DNA of 55,686 nucleotides. Origin: Candidatus Woesearchaeota archaeon. Its GTDB lineage: Archaea > Nanobdellota > Nanobdellia > Woesearchaeales > ARS49. A program made the translations under genes and the position numbers. Where the stretch lies: the NCBI GenBank assembly GCA_016203445.1, contig JACQMS010000006.1, positions 1-55,686 on the forward strand, given 5' to 3'. The notes under the pieces are model-generated. The model saw nothing but the letters and a program-made list of their open reading frames with translations, ran no database searches and was not told where the DNA came from. Positions 18,388 through 28,338 of this stretch are shown here, piece by piece. Each line of letters opens with the position of its first letter. The first letter of the stretch is position 1.

Positions 18388-19383
18388 TTATGCATTGAAT
18401 AATACTCTTGTTCCGTCCCAATCAAACTTGAAAGGCATATATTGTAACCCTTCTTTTGTCATAGCATCTACGAACTGTTTTTGGTTTGTATCGCAGTAAA
18501 ACATGAAGAATCCTCCTCCTCCTGCGCCCATAATTTTTCCTCCAACTGCACTGTTTGCTATGGCATGATCATACCACTTGTCTATTTGGGGGTCAGTCAT
18601 TTTGTCAGATAATTTTTTCTTAACATCCCAGTGAACGTTCATCCATTCCCCAAATCTTCTTGTATTACCTGTTTCGAGTGCTTTTCTTATCTCTTCACCT
18701 ATTTCTTTTATTTGATGCATTCCTTCTATCCCTCTTGATGGATCTTTTTGCGCTGTATCTTTTTGATTTTGCAGTACTTCTGACGCGTTTCTTTTTATCC
18801 CTGTATAGAATAAGAATAAATTATTTTCGAGTTCTCTTATTGTCTGAGCACTAAGTGTGAGAGGTGTTGTTATAACACTTCCATTTTTGAATATCGTGTA
18901 ATGGTTTATTCCTCCAAATGTTGCGGCGTACTGATCTTGTTTTCCTATTGGTTGTTTGAGCGCATTGATTTCTACTTGGCATGCTTCTTCTGCGAGTTTT
19001 TGGAATGAAACGTACTCTTTCTTGTATATATGAAGTGCATGAAGAAGGGCAACGGTAAAAGTACTTGATCCTCCAAGTCCAGTATTTGATGGAATATCTG
19101 AAAAAGATACTATTTCTACACTCTTTGTTACTCCTAAAAGTTTGAGTGCTTCTCTTACTCGTTCATTTTGTATAGTGTTGATATCTGTTGTTTCTTCTGT
19201 CTTGGAGTATTTCACCAATACTTCATCATGAAAATTTCTGTGCTTGAGTACTATCGTGATATACTTGTCTATTCCTGCTGATATAAACGAGCCCTTGTGT
19301 TGGGAATAGTACCATGGTAGATCTGTTCCTCCGCCCCCTATTGGTAATCTTAATGGTGTTCTTACGACTATCACTCTTTTCAC
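18388..19383 (-). CDS. hddA: GHMP kinase, D-glycero-alpha-D-manno-heptose-7-phosphate kinase-like
   Basis: PLRLPIGGGGTD, PSNTGLGGS, GKQDQYAATFGG, GKIMGAGGGGF. Confidence 0.85.
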   Translation of the reverse strand: MKRVIVVRTPLRLPIGGGGTDLPWYYSQHKGSFISAGIDKYITIVLKHRNFHDEVLVKYSKTEETTDINTIQNERVREALKLLGVTKSVEIVSFSDIPSNTGLGGSSTFTVALLHALHIYKKEYVSFQKLAEEACQVEINALKQPIGKQDQYAATFGGINHYTIFKNGSVITTPLTLSAQTIRELENNLFLFYTGIKRNASEVLQNQKDTAQKDPSRGIEGMHQIKEIGEEIRKALETGNTRRFGEWMNVHWDVKKKLSDKMTDPQIDKWYDHAIANSAVGGKIMGAGGGGFFMFYCDTNQKQFVDAMTKEGLQYMPFKFDWDGTRVLFNA

Positions 19384-19507
19384 CTAAAAATAAAAAGTTC
19401 GAACATCATTTATAAAACTTGTGAAGAAAAGTTTATAAATAGAAAATGATTGCTCCGAAATTGGGTGAGCATTATATATATAATGTATTGCACCATTTTT
19501 TGGGGTT

Positions 19508-20437
19508 ATGAAAATGGTTGATTTGTTAAAAGTTTCTTATCTTGTTCCTGAGATTCAGCGTCAGGTTTCAAGACATCATTTGAACGTTTTTGACGGGAGT
19601 TTTGTTCTTAAGAATGGTGGAAAAGATTACACGACGGATGTTGACCGTATTGTTGAACAAGAGCTGTCTTCTCGTCTTCATGAAGAATTTCCAGGAACTG
19701 CTGTTCTTGGTGAGGAAGAAACTTCTGCCGATGAGAATTCAAGATTTATGTGGGTTATTGATCCCACAGATGGAACTGCTGTTTTTGCGACTGGTGGTGA
19801 ATATTTTAGTTCTTCTATAGCCTTGATTGATAGAGAAAATGGTACTGTTCCTTTTGGCAGCGTGTATCAGCCAAGGAGAGGCAGACAGTTTATTAGAAAT
19901 AATTTATATTGTGGTGCACCGGATATATGCGTAAGGTTGAGAATTCAGGTATTGAGTGAATATCAAGATGATTTTGTGGTATTCCGTCCGGAGCGTTCTC
20001 AATCTTCGAGCATGACTGATATGTTAGTGTGCGCAGTTGCGACTTCAAAATACTTGCCTCAACATCCAGGATTGAAAGAGAAACTTGATAGATTGTTTAG
20101 AAAAGAGAGAGTTCCAATTATTGATAGAGAATATGGTATGATAAACGCAAAACCTGCATCTGGTTCTTCTGCCTTGTACTTGTGTGACACTGCTTCAGGC
20201 AACAGGCACGGGGCGATTCTTTACTTTCAGAAGGCGTGGGATCTTGCTGTTGGCGCGTTATTTGCGAGAGATGCAGGATGTGTAGTCACGTGCAGTACTA
20301 AGGGTATCGAGTTAGAGGGCGAAGATATAGAAAAAGTTATTGCCGGATGCTCAAGGAATACACTCGTGAATTGCGCAGTGTATGCAAACCAGGACGTTAA
20401 AAATACTGTGGAAAGAATGATGAACACAAACTTTTAA
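19508..20437 (+). CDS. Inositol monophosphatase-family phosphatase
   Basis: TTDVD, GEE, WVIDPTDGT, WDLAVG. Confidence 0.85.
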   Translation: MKMVDLLKVSYLVPEIQRQVSRHHLNVFDGSFVLKNGGKDYTTDVDRIVEQELSSRLHEEFPGTAVLGEEETSADENSRFMWVIDPTDGTAVFATGGEYFSSSIALIDRENGTVPFGSVYQPRRGRQFIRNNLYCGAPDICVRLRIQVLSEYQDDFVVFRPERSQSSSMTDMLVCAVATSKYLPQHPGLKEKLDRLFRKERVPIIDREYGMINAKPASGSSALYLCDTASGNRHGAILYFQKAWDLAVGALFARDAGCVVTCSTKGIELEGEDIEKVIAGCSRNTLVNCAVYANQDVKNTVERMMNTNF

Positions 20438-20458
20438 GAATAATCATGTTTTACATCA

Positions 20459-21232
20459 ATGTTTATGAATGCAATGATATTATGCGCAGGTCTTGGCTCA
20501 AGATTAAGACCTATTACAAACACTATTCCAAAGCCAATGATTCCAATTGCGGGAAAGCCATTGCTTGAACATCAAATTGAGTGGTTCAAAAAATTCGGCA
20601 TAACAAATATTGCTATTAATTTGTTCTATCTTTCTGATAGTATTAAGAACTATTTTGGTTCTGGCAAAAATTTTGGTGTAAACATTTTGTATTCCCCGGA
20701 ACCTGAACTTTTAGGAACTGCTGGTGGAGTGAAAAAAGTTGATAATATATCAAAAGGGTTTTTTAGCGGAACATTCGTGGTCTATTATGGTGATAATTAT
20801 ACTGATTTAGATTTGAATCAAATGCTTGACTTTCACAAAAAAAATTGCGCGGTTGCGACGATTTTGATGAGGAAGCGTCCTCGTGGCAATAAAGTATCAA
20901 GCATTATAGAGCTTGATGATATTGGACGGGTAAGAACTTTTGTTGAAAAACCGTCACAAGAGTTAACGTTGTCTCAACCAGATGTTGTTCTCTCAAATAG
21001 TGGTATTTATGTTCTCGAACCCGAAGTATTAAAATACATTCCTCAAAATAAGTTTTTTGATTTTGGTTCTGATGTTTTTCCTGTATTGTTATCTGAAGGA
21101 AAGAAAGTTATGGGTTTTGTGAGCGGCACATTCTGGCGTGAACTTGGGACTCTTGAAAAGTATGAGAATGCAAAGAAAGATATAGAAGAAAGATTCAAGA
21201 TCAACAAAGAGGATATAAAAATGGATTTATGA
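20459..21232 (+). CDS. Sugar-1-phosphate nucleotidyltransferase (HddC/mannose-1-P guanylyltransferase-like)
   Basis: LCAGLGSRLRPITNTIPKPM, LGTAGG, YGD, FVEKP. Confidence 0.88.
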   Translation: MFMNAMILCAGLGSRLRPITNTIPKPMIPIAGKPLLEHQIEWFKKFGITNIAINLFYLSDSIKNYFGSGKNFGVNILYSPEPELLGTAGGVKKVDNISKGFFSGTFVVYYGDNYTDLDLNQMLDFHKKNCAVATILMRKRPRGNKVSSIIELDDIGRVRTFVEKPSQELTLSQPDVVLSNSGIYVLEPEVLKYIPQNKFFDFGSDVFPVLLSEGKKVMGFVSGTFWRELGTLEKYENAKKDIEERFKINKEDIKMDL

Positions 21233-22020
21233 GTTTTTGTTGGGGGAAAAATCATAGTATGCCAAACATTTTTGATTTAACGAAAGGTCCAGTATCAATA
21301 GAAGGTATGGAGTTTTTCTATGGCGCGGAGAGTTCCGGGCTATTAGAAGAAAATAGTTTTGAGGAGATAACATACATGTATGCTCCGAATCCTGCACTAC
21401 TGCTTCATCAAGGTTCGGAAATACTAATTCCGAGGCACAGTGTTACAGTTATAAGACCCAATACAAGTGTTCATTTGATAGTGAACAATCTTGAGAATGA
21501 GGTTTCGTCCTTATTCTTGAGGATTCCTGAAAAGTTTCCATCAGAACTCCAGGAACGCATGGAAAAACTGAACATGCAGTATACGTTGTCAAGAGCAAGG
21601 ATAAATAGTGATGTAAGAGTTTTCTCTTTTGGTGATATTACAATATATACCGATGCATCGAGAGAAGATACAGAGTCTTTGAAAAGAGGGATATGGAAAA
21701 AACCCGGATGGTTTACAGATTATTCAAAAGCACAAACTGCGGGGATTGCAGTCGCTCAATGGCGCGCATATCCTGAAGGAAAAGAAACATATCACTATCA
21801 CAATATTCTCTCAGAGTCATTTGTTGGTATTTGTGGAGAGGCAGATTTTAGAATTGGTGATAGAAGACATGTGCTTAAACCAGGAATACTGTTGTTCTTT
21901 CCTCCGGGTGTTGCCCATGAATTATGTAATATACGTACTGGAACCAGAAATATGTATAGTCATTTCTCTTGCCAATATCCCTCGCTTGCGGATGAAGGAA
22001 AAATAATTATTAAAGAGTAA
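21229..22020 (+). CDS. Cupin-domain protein
   Basis: HYH-x4-E and PPGVAH cupin metal motifs in the C-terminal part. Confidence 0.7.
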   Translation: MSFCWGKNHSMPNIFDLTKGPVSIEGMEFFYGAESSGLLEENSFEEITYMYAPNPALLLHQGSEILIPRHSVTVIRPNTSVHLIVNNLENEVSSLFLRIPEKFPSELQERMEKLNMQYTLSRARINSDVRVFSFGDITIYTDASREDTESLKRGIWKKPGWFTDYSKAQTAGIAVAQWRAYPEGKETYHYHNILSESFVGICGEADFRIGDRRHVLKPGILLFFPPGVAHELCNIRTGTRNMYSHFSCQYPSLADEGKIIIKE

Positions 22021-22107
22021 AGTACTGATAATGAAAAGAAAATTGATTAACAAATATCGTTGAAAAAAGTGGGGAATAATAAGATTTTTATAGAGAAAGA
22101 TATACGC

Positions 22108-22851
22108 ATGATCATGGTTGAAATCTCTATTGTTATTCCGGCATATAATGAGGCAAATCGTTTGCCTGCAACTGTTGAAAGAATTATTCAATTAATAAGT
22201 TCTATGAATATTGAATATGAATTAATTCTCGTGAATAATGCAAGCAAGGATGGCACTTTAGAGTATATGAATTCTTTTGCTTCAGCACACAAAAATATAA
22301 ATGTGAAAGTTTTGAGCACTCCAACCAAGGGAAAGGGTTTGGCAGTGAAAACTGGCATGCTTTCCGCGGTAGGAAAATATGTTTTATTTACTGATGCAGA
22401 TCTTTCTACTCCGATTGAAGAAATTGAAAAATTATTGCCCTTTGTAAAAGAAGATTATGATGTCGCGTACGGTACTAGGGCAATGAAGGAGTCTGTAATA
22501 GTAACTCCCCAACCTTTGCATCGCCGCCTTCTTGGCACTGCGTTAAAGGTTATTCTTTCTTTTCTGATTTTTACTCTTCCTCCAAGACCAACTGATACAC
22601 AATGTGGTTTTAAGATGTACAAAAGAGACGCGGTTAGATTGCTATTTTCTCGCCAAACTCTTGATGGAGGAATGTTCGATGTTGAAATTATATATATTGG
22701 CAGAAAACATCATTTAATGATGAAAGAAGTTCCTGTATTATGGGCTGATGATTCTAAGAATTCTAAGGTGAATATTTGGAAAAGCATGATAACAAACCCT
22801 GCAAAACTTGTAGGCATACGCTTGAAAGATATTTTGGGATATTACCGCTAA
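22108..22851 (+). CDS. GT2, dolichyl-phosphate beta-glucosyltransferase-like
   Basis: VIPAYNEANRL, GKGLAV, FTDADLSTP, DTQCGFK. Confidence 0.9.
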   Translation: MIMVEISIVIPAYNEANRLPATVERIIQLISSMNIEYELILVNNASKDGTLEYMNSFASAHKNINVKVLSTPTKGKGLAVKTGMLSAVGKYVLFTDADLSTPIEEIEKLLPFVKEDYDVAYGTRAMKESVIVTPQPLHRRLLGTALKVILSFLIFTLPPRPTDTQCGFKMYKRDAVRLLFSRQTLDGGMFDVEIIYIGRKHHLMMKEVPVLWADDSKNSKVNIWKSMITNPAKLVGIRLKDILGYYR

Positions 22852-22852
22852 T

Positions 22853-23329
22853 TTAAGATACGGGCAGTAATTGCAATACCGGCGTCAGAATGTAGAGAAC
22901 TATTCCTGTTGTGAGCATCCCAAGTATTATTCCGCCCGAAACATCTATGATATCGTGTCTTCTTAGTACTATTCTTGTCCAGCATATTGCCGCGGCAGAA
23001 ATTATTAGAAGAATGGTGACTGCAGTATTTTCATAAAATGATGCTGTAATGAGCGTGAGTGTTGTAACTCTCGATGCATGCAGGCTCGGAAATGATGACG
23101 CATCCAGTTTTTGTACTGTTGTAGTGTATAATTCTTCTTTTGGTCTTTTTTTAAAATAAAAGTATCTTATGAGCATTGTACTGCAATAGAATATGATGAA
23201 TCCTGAAGCCAGCTGGTATGATCGTAGCTCATAACCTGTGACAAAGAAAAGGATTGTAACTATTCCATATATTGGCAATCCCCCGAGTCCAGTTCCGTCG
23301 GTAATCCACTCTTTGTTCATAAAATTCAT
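22853..23329 (-). CDS. PAP2-family (polyprenyl-pyrophosphate) phosphatase
   Basis: RP, SFPSLH, TRIVLRRHDIIDV; several TM segments. Confidence 0.85.
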   Translation of the reverse strand: MNFMNKEWITDGTGLGGLPIYGIVTILFFVTGYELRSYQLASGFIIFYCSTMLIRYFYFKKRPKEELYTTTVQKLDASSFPSLHASRVTTLTLITASFYENTAVTILLIISAAAICWTRIVLRRHDIIDVSGGIILGMLTTGIVLYILTPVLQLLPVS

Positions 23330-23368
23330 TTAGAAATAATATACACATATTTATATGTTTCGAAGTTG

Positions 23369-24127
23369 TCATTTGTTATAAATTTGTTCTCGTCGTGTCT
23401 TTTTAATTGCAACCATGCCAAGCAAATGACCGCTTAATGCACTCATAAAAGTAGTTTTATTAATCCAAGTTTTGCTTAAAGTTCGTTGGAGTATGCGTGC
23501 ATAATAATCAGGATTCAGCCCGACGCAGTGTATAACTTCAAAGCCTGCATGCTGAAGCTCTTTTTTGAGTTGACTTTTTGTATATCTATACTGATAGAAT
23601 ACTGCGCCACGTTTAAGCTGATATTTATTTAGAATATAGCGTAATGGCCAAAATAGTTTTTGTGCAATATTAGCATAAGGAACAGTTATAAGAAACAATC
23701 CATTTGGTTTAAGTACTCGATATGCTTCAGCAAGAATTTTTTGTCGATCATTAAAGTTGGTGTAATGCTCAATAACTCCCGGGCTATAGTATGTATCAAA
23801 GAAGTCATTTTTGTAAGGGAGATTAAAAAGATCTCCCTTGACAATTCTTTTTGATATTTCTGGAAAAAATTTGCGTGCAGAACGAACTGCTTTTGTGCTG
23901 TAATCAATGCCATAAGAAGTTATTCCACGGGTATGAAGATCATATGAATATTGGCAGACACCACAGCCCGCTTCAAGAAATTTTCCTCGCGTGTATGTAC
24001 GAAGAAATCGCGCTACATGATCGCCCGAGAGTTTATTAAGCGTTTTTTGGCGGTCAACTACAGCATACTGAGTTGACCAAAAATCCGCATCTGGACCATA
24101 CAAAAGCTTGCGTACCTGCACAATCAT
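23369..24127 (-). CDS. Class I SAM-dependent methyltransferase
   Basis: FLEAGCG, GVIEHY, RVLKPNG; ATG 24127 (the track extension crosses a repeat). Confidence 0.85.
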   Translation of the reverse strand: MIVQVRKLLYGPDADFWSTQYAVVDRQKTLNKLSGDHVARFLRTYTRGKFLEAGCGVCQYSYDLHTRGITSYGIDYSTKAVRSARKFFPEISKRIVKGDLFNLPYKNDFFDTYYSPGVIEHYTNFNDRQKILAEAYRVLKPNGLFLITVPYANIAQKLFWPLRYILNKYQLKRGAVFYQYRYTKSQLKKELQHAGFEVIHCVGLNPDYYARILQRTLSKTWINKTTFMSALSGHLLGMVAIKKTRREQIYNK

Positions 24128-24228
24128 AATCAAAGTAGTTGGCAGATAAACTATATAAAATCTTTGGATCAACAACCTTGGCGTGAAAATCTGAGTATGA
24201 ATTGGATTGTTGGCGAGAGTATTAAATG

Positions 24229-24341
24229 ATGTCAAGAACCGCCGGGCTAAAGCCCGGGGCGTGAGGTTCTTGATCATGATCAGAAACCGCCTTCTTACTC
24301 CGAGCCGAAGCAGGAAGATTGCGAATGGCGGTTTCTGACAT
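24229..24341. mobile_element. Double-hairpin palindromic element (MITE/REP-like)
   Basis: ATGTCAAGAACC...GGTTCTTGATCATGATCAGAAACCGCC...GGCGGTTTCTGACAT; first loop has CCGGGCTAAAGCCCGG; 1 bp from the FkbM stop codon. Confidence 0.8.
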
Positions 24342-24342
24342 T

Positions 24343-25224
24343 TCACAATATCAGAAATGGCAGGTGTTCACGAAGAAGTGTGCGGCTATTCCTGTTGGCG
24401 AGGAGTACATTAATGTGTCGTCCAGTTAAACTTTCGGCGATAATTTCTTTGTCTGTAGCGAAACGCACTCGGCGTTTTTGTCCGTCAATGATGTAGAGCT
24501 CAAAATTATAAAGATGTATTATGCTTAGAAATTCTTCTACTGATGCGCCCGCAGCAGCGAGCAGCTCTTTTGAGCATTCAGCAATAATTATCATAGTATT
24601 ATTTGTTTTAATAAGTTTTTTCATGCCGCGAAGAACTTCACATTCATATCCTTGAACATCTATTTTTACCACGTCAAGACGCTTGTTTCTGAATAGTACA
24701 ATATCTAAAGAGCATATTTTTACAGGCACGTTTGCATGAGAAGAATGTTTTGTAATTCTATTATCTCCGCGATTGACAGTATTTAAAAGCAATTGGCCAT
24801 GAGAAGTTTTAGAGCCTAATGCAAATTTATACAGAGAAACATTTTTTAAATTGTTTTGTTTTACGGTGCTTTCTAAAACTATAAATTCCCGTGGGGATGG
24901 TTCAAAAGAATATACTTTTCCGGTTGGCCCGGCAAATTTCGCACAAGAAATAGTATATAAGCCAATATTTGCTCCTATATCTGCAACAAACATTCCTGGT
25001 TTTACTATTCTTCGTATTACTTCCTGCTCGAATCCCTCCCATAGAGAATACTTCCATAGCAAGAGCGCAAAATATCGATCAAGAGATCGAGCTTCAAAAA
25101 TCATTCCTTGTATAATAATCGTATATCTTTTTGATGGAAGAAAACCGTCAGCCTTAGAAAACAGCCAATTCACAAGTTTAGACTTTTCAAGTTTTAGAAC
25201 AATAGATTCAATAGAAAATATCAT
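24343..25224 (-). CDS. FkbM-family methyltransferase
   Basis: DIGANIG, FEPSP, KIDVQGYE. Confidence 0.9.
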   Translation of the reverse strand: MIFSIESIVLKLEKSKLVNWLFSKADGFLPSKRYTIIIQGMIFEARSLDRYFALLLWKYSLWEGFEQEVIRRIVKPGMFVADIGANIGLYTISCAKFAGPTGKVYSFEPSPREFIVLESTVKQNNLKNVSLYKFALGSKTSHGQLLLNTVNRGDNRITKHSSHANVPVKICSLDIVLFRNKRLDVVKIDVQGYECEVLRGMKKLIKTNNTMIIIAECSKELLAAAGASVEEFLSIIHLYNFELYIIDGQKRRVRFATDKEIIAESLTGRHINVLLANRNSRTLLREHLPFLIL

Positions 25225-25279
25225 GTATCTGCGGGAATTTCGAAATGTTTAAAAACTTTCGTACTGCACCACCAGCATT

Positions 25280-26701
25280 ATGGGGGCTTATCAAAAAGAT
25301 GTTCTTTCAGATTTTTATGATTCTCTTGCGATAAAATATGAAAAGAGAGGCGCATCGCGCAAATATTATCATAATCAGCTTTCGAAACTATTAAGATTTC
25401 TTATTCCTCCAGCTATGCACGTTTTAGAGTTAGGTTCTGGAACGGGAAATTTGCTTAGCTCAGTGAATCCTAAAAATGGTGTTGGAATAGATAGTAGCCG
25501 CGGAATGAATGCTTATGCCAAAAAAAAACATCCTGCACTAAACTTTATTTTTGCAAATTTAGAAACATATGTTCATACAAAAAAGTATGATTATGTGATT
25601 CTCTCAGATACTGTTGATGTTCTAGATGATGTTCTTCTCGTTCTGAAAAATACGCAAAAGGCGCTCAAACGAGATTCGCGGGTTATTATCACATATTATA
25701 ATAATTTGTGGCAGCCAGTTATTAATTTTGCCGAAAACTTTGGTTTTAAAGATAGAGCCAGGGTGCACAATTGGTTCTCGAAAGACGATCTAAAAAATCT
25801 TTTATATCTCGCAGGATACGATGTTATATCAACCGGGCAAATTTGTTTACTTCCGGTTTACATTCCGGTAATTTCAACAATTCTGAATAAATATTGCTCA
25901 GAACTGCCAATTTTAAAAAGATTTTGTTTTATACAGTATATTGTTTCAAGGAGTGCGCCAAAGCCATTTTTGCGGAAATCTTCTGTTAGCGTTATAATCC
26001 CAACTTGGAATGAGGTTGGTACTATAGATACTGCAATAAAAACTATTCCTGTTATGGGAAGCGGTACAGAACTAATATTTGTTGACAATCACAGCACTGA
26101 TGGAACAAAAGAGAAGATAGAAGAATACATGACTGTTTACAAAAATAAAAATATAAAACTTATTATGCAAATTCAAAAGAAGGGAAAGGCAGTTGCAGTA
26201 TATCAGGGATTTGATTCTGCGAAGGGTGATATAGTCATGATTTTGGACTCTGATCTGACTGTTCAGCCGAAGGAGCTTCCAAAATTTTACGATGCAATAG
26301 TTGATGGCAAAGGAGAATTTATCAACGGGTGCCGTCTTGTGTATCCTATGGAGGAAAAATCCATGCAAACAATAAATTATATTGGAAATAAATTTTTCAG
26401 CATGACATTTAGCTGGCTTTTAAATCAGCCTGTAAAAGACACGCTTTGTGGTACAAAGGTTCTTACGAGGCACTCTTATGAAAAAATTAAGGCAGGACGC
26501 GAGTATTTTGGCAACTTCGACCCTTTTGGAGATTTTGATCTTCTTTTTGGAGCTTCAAAGTTAAATTTGAAAATAGTTGATATGCCTATTAGGTACAAGG
26601 AAAGAACTTATGGAGATACTAAGATTCATCGATGGCAGCACGGTTTGCTCCTTTTGAAGATGTGTGTATACGCATATAAGAAGCTTAAGATTCGCTGGTA
26701 G
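25280..26701 (+). CDS. Methyltransferase-GT2 glycosyltransferase fusion
   Basis: VLELGSGTG at the N-terminus; VIIPTWNE, LDSDLTV, DTLCGTK, DPFGDFDLLFGA at the C-terminus. Confidence 0.88.
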   Translation: MGAYQKDVLSDFYDSLAIKYEKRGASRKYYHNQLSKLLRFLIPPAMHVLELGSGTGNLLSSVNPKNGVGIDSSRGMNAYAKKKHPALNFIFANLETYVHTKKYDYVILSDTVDVLDDVLLVLKNTQKALKRDSRVIITYYNNLWQPVINFAENFGFKDRARVHNWFSKDDLKNLLYLAGYDVISTGQICLLPVYIPVISTILNKYCSELPILKRFCFIQYIVSRSAPKPFLRKSSVSVIIPTWNEVGTIDTAIKTIPVMGSGTELIFVDNHSTDGTKEKIEEYMTVYKNKNIKLIMQIQKKGKAVAVYQGFDSAKGDIVMILDSDLTVQPKELPKFYDAIVDGKGEFINGCRLVYPMEEKSMQTINYIGNKFFSMTFSWLLNQPVKDTLCGTKVLTRHSYEKIKAGREYFGNFDPFGDFDLLFGASKLNLKIVDMPIRYKERTYGDTKIHRWQHGLLLLKMCVYAYKKLKIRW

Positions 26702-26705
26702 ATGT

Positions 26706-28334
26706 ATGATAAAAAAATCTGTTTTGAAGAAATGCCTGATTTTGTTCATCATTTTGCTTGTTGCATTCTTAGTAAGAAGTTTTCAGTATCAAGATAGGGG
26801 CATTATTAGTTATGATGAGTATGGGTATGTTAGTCAGGGGCATTGGACGGCGCAATTTATTGTTCTTTCATTGGAAAAGGTGTATTCTGTTATTTCTCAT
26901 CCTGAGGATGCAAGACAAATTTTGAAGATGATACCTTCAGAAGTATCGTCGCTGGAAGGTGTTCCTTCAATTGTATCGAAGCCATTGTTTGCATACACGT
27001 TGGGAATATTTTATCTTTTGTATGAGGATAGTATACCCGCTGCCATTCTTTTGAATTCTATGCTTGGCGCTATTATAATTTTACTTATTTATTATGTTGG
27101 AGTTTTTCTTTTTGATGAAAGAACGGGTTTTATTGCAGCAATTCTTGGGATTTTTAATCCGATGCTTATACAGTACTCACAACAGGCAACAAGTGAGAAT
27201 CTTTCCACTGCTCTTTTTCTTATTGGATTTATTTTTCTTATAAGCGATAATAAATTCAAATATCAGTTAACTGGTATTTTTTATGGTCTGGCGTTCACTG
27301 CCAATTTACGGGTTTTGGTAATTGAAGTCGTCACAATAGGAACTCTTCTTTTATACAATTTTTTTACGCGAAGAGAAACTTTTTTTACTGCAGTTAAAAA
27401 CATTCTTAAAAGCTTGCTGATGGGTGGTATACCAATAATTATTTTTGAGTTTATTGATCATATGCTTATACTTGCATTTAAAAATATAACAAGAACGCTT
27501 TACCAATATAACACATATTTTGAACAACTCGTGAGGCATTTTTTGTTGCTTAGTGAGAATCAGGGAGTTCGAAACTGGCAGTACATATTGCTCTTCTTCA
27601 AAGAATCTTTGAGCATACCAATTACTCTGCTTGCAGTTATAGGAATATATTATTTTAATAAAGAGGGGTTGAACAGGAAGATGGCAGTGTTGCTGGCTGG
27701 GGCGGTTCTCCCGTTGTTATTTTTTACAATAGTAAACTATAAATCACTTAGATTTTATTTTGTTGTCGTGCCATTTTTAATTTTGTGTGCAGCGCATGCA
27801 ATAAATAGTTTTTCATTATACGTTTTTCGGTGGAAAAATTGGGCGGTATTTGTTTTTATTATGGTTTCATTTGTTGCAGCCATTCCAAGCATATATAATG
27901 TTATGGCTGTAAAAAGCGCAACACCTGATGCTTTGGAATTCATTTATGATCATGGGGGCTCCAGATATCAATCGAATATTCCTTTTTACACATTTGAATC
28001 TGAAAGGCTTCCGCGAAATAATGTTTCAGAATTATTCCGGCTTTGTAATGAGAGAAATGCCTGTTATGTTATTAGCTATCTTGTGCATACCGGGCTGAGA
28101 CCAGAATATGCAAGATCCGGATTTAATTATAATATGTCTCTTTATTTACAGAATCATTGTGCACCGGAGGCAACATTTAAAAATAAGTATGGCGAGATAA
28201 ACTATTACTATTTCGAAAATAATGGTGATTATTCAGTAGCGGGAAATGATGCCTATGATTATTTTGCTGAAATAAATGTTTACAATTTAAGGAACTGTGC
28301 GTTGTCTAAAAATGAGGAGAAAGTTTTTGGGTGA
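26706..28334 (+). CDS. GT-C (PMT/ArnT-like) membrane glycosyltransferase
   Basis: R...YDEYGY after TM1, KP, SE, many TM helices, RYF-like LRFY. Confidence 0.75.
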   Translation: MIKKSVLKKCLILFIILLVAFLVRSFQYQDRGIISYDEYGYVSQGHWTAQFIVLSLEKVYSVISHPEDARQILKMIPSEVSSLEGVPSIVSKPLFAYTLGIFYLLYEDSIPAAILLNSMLGAIIILLIYYVGVFLFDERTGFIAAILGIFNPMLIQYSQQATSENLSTALFLIGFIFLISDNKFKYQLTGIFYGLAFTANLRVLVIEVVTIGTLLLYNFFTRRETFFTAVKNILKSLLMGGIPIIIFEFIDHMLILAFKNITRTLYQYNTYFEQLVRHFLLLSENQGVRNWQYILLFFKESLSIPITLLAVIGIYYFNKEGLNRKMAVLLAGAVLPLLFFTIVNYKSLRFYFVVVPFLILCAAHAINSFSLYVFRWKNWAVFVFIMVSFVAAIPSIYNVMAVKSATPDALEFIYDHGGSRYQSNIPFYTFESERLPRNNVSELFRLCNERNACYVISYLVHTGLRPEYARSGFNYNMSLYLQNHCAPEATFKNKYGEINYYYFENNGDYSVAGNDAYDYFAEINVYNLRNCALSKNEEKVFG

Positions 28335-28338
28335 ACAT

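Noticed and set aside
24128-24346. N-terminal extension of track ORF 23369-24346
   Set aside because: Runs through the palindromic element and a TATA-like box; the methyltransferase more plausibly starts at 24127
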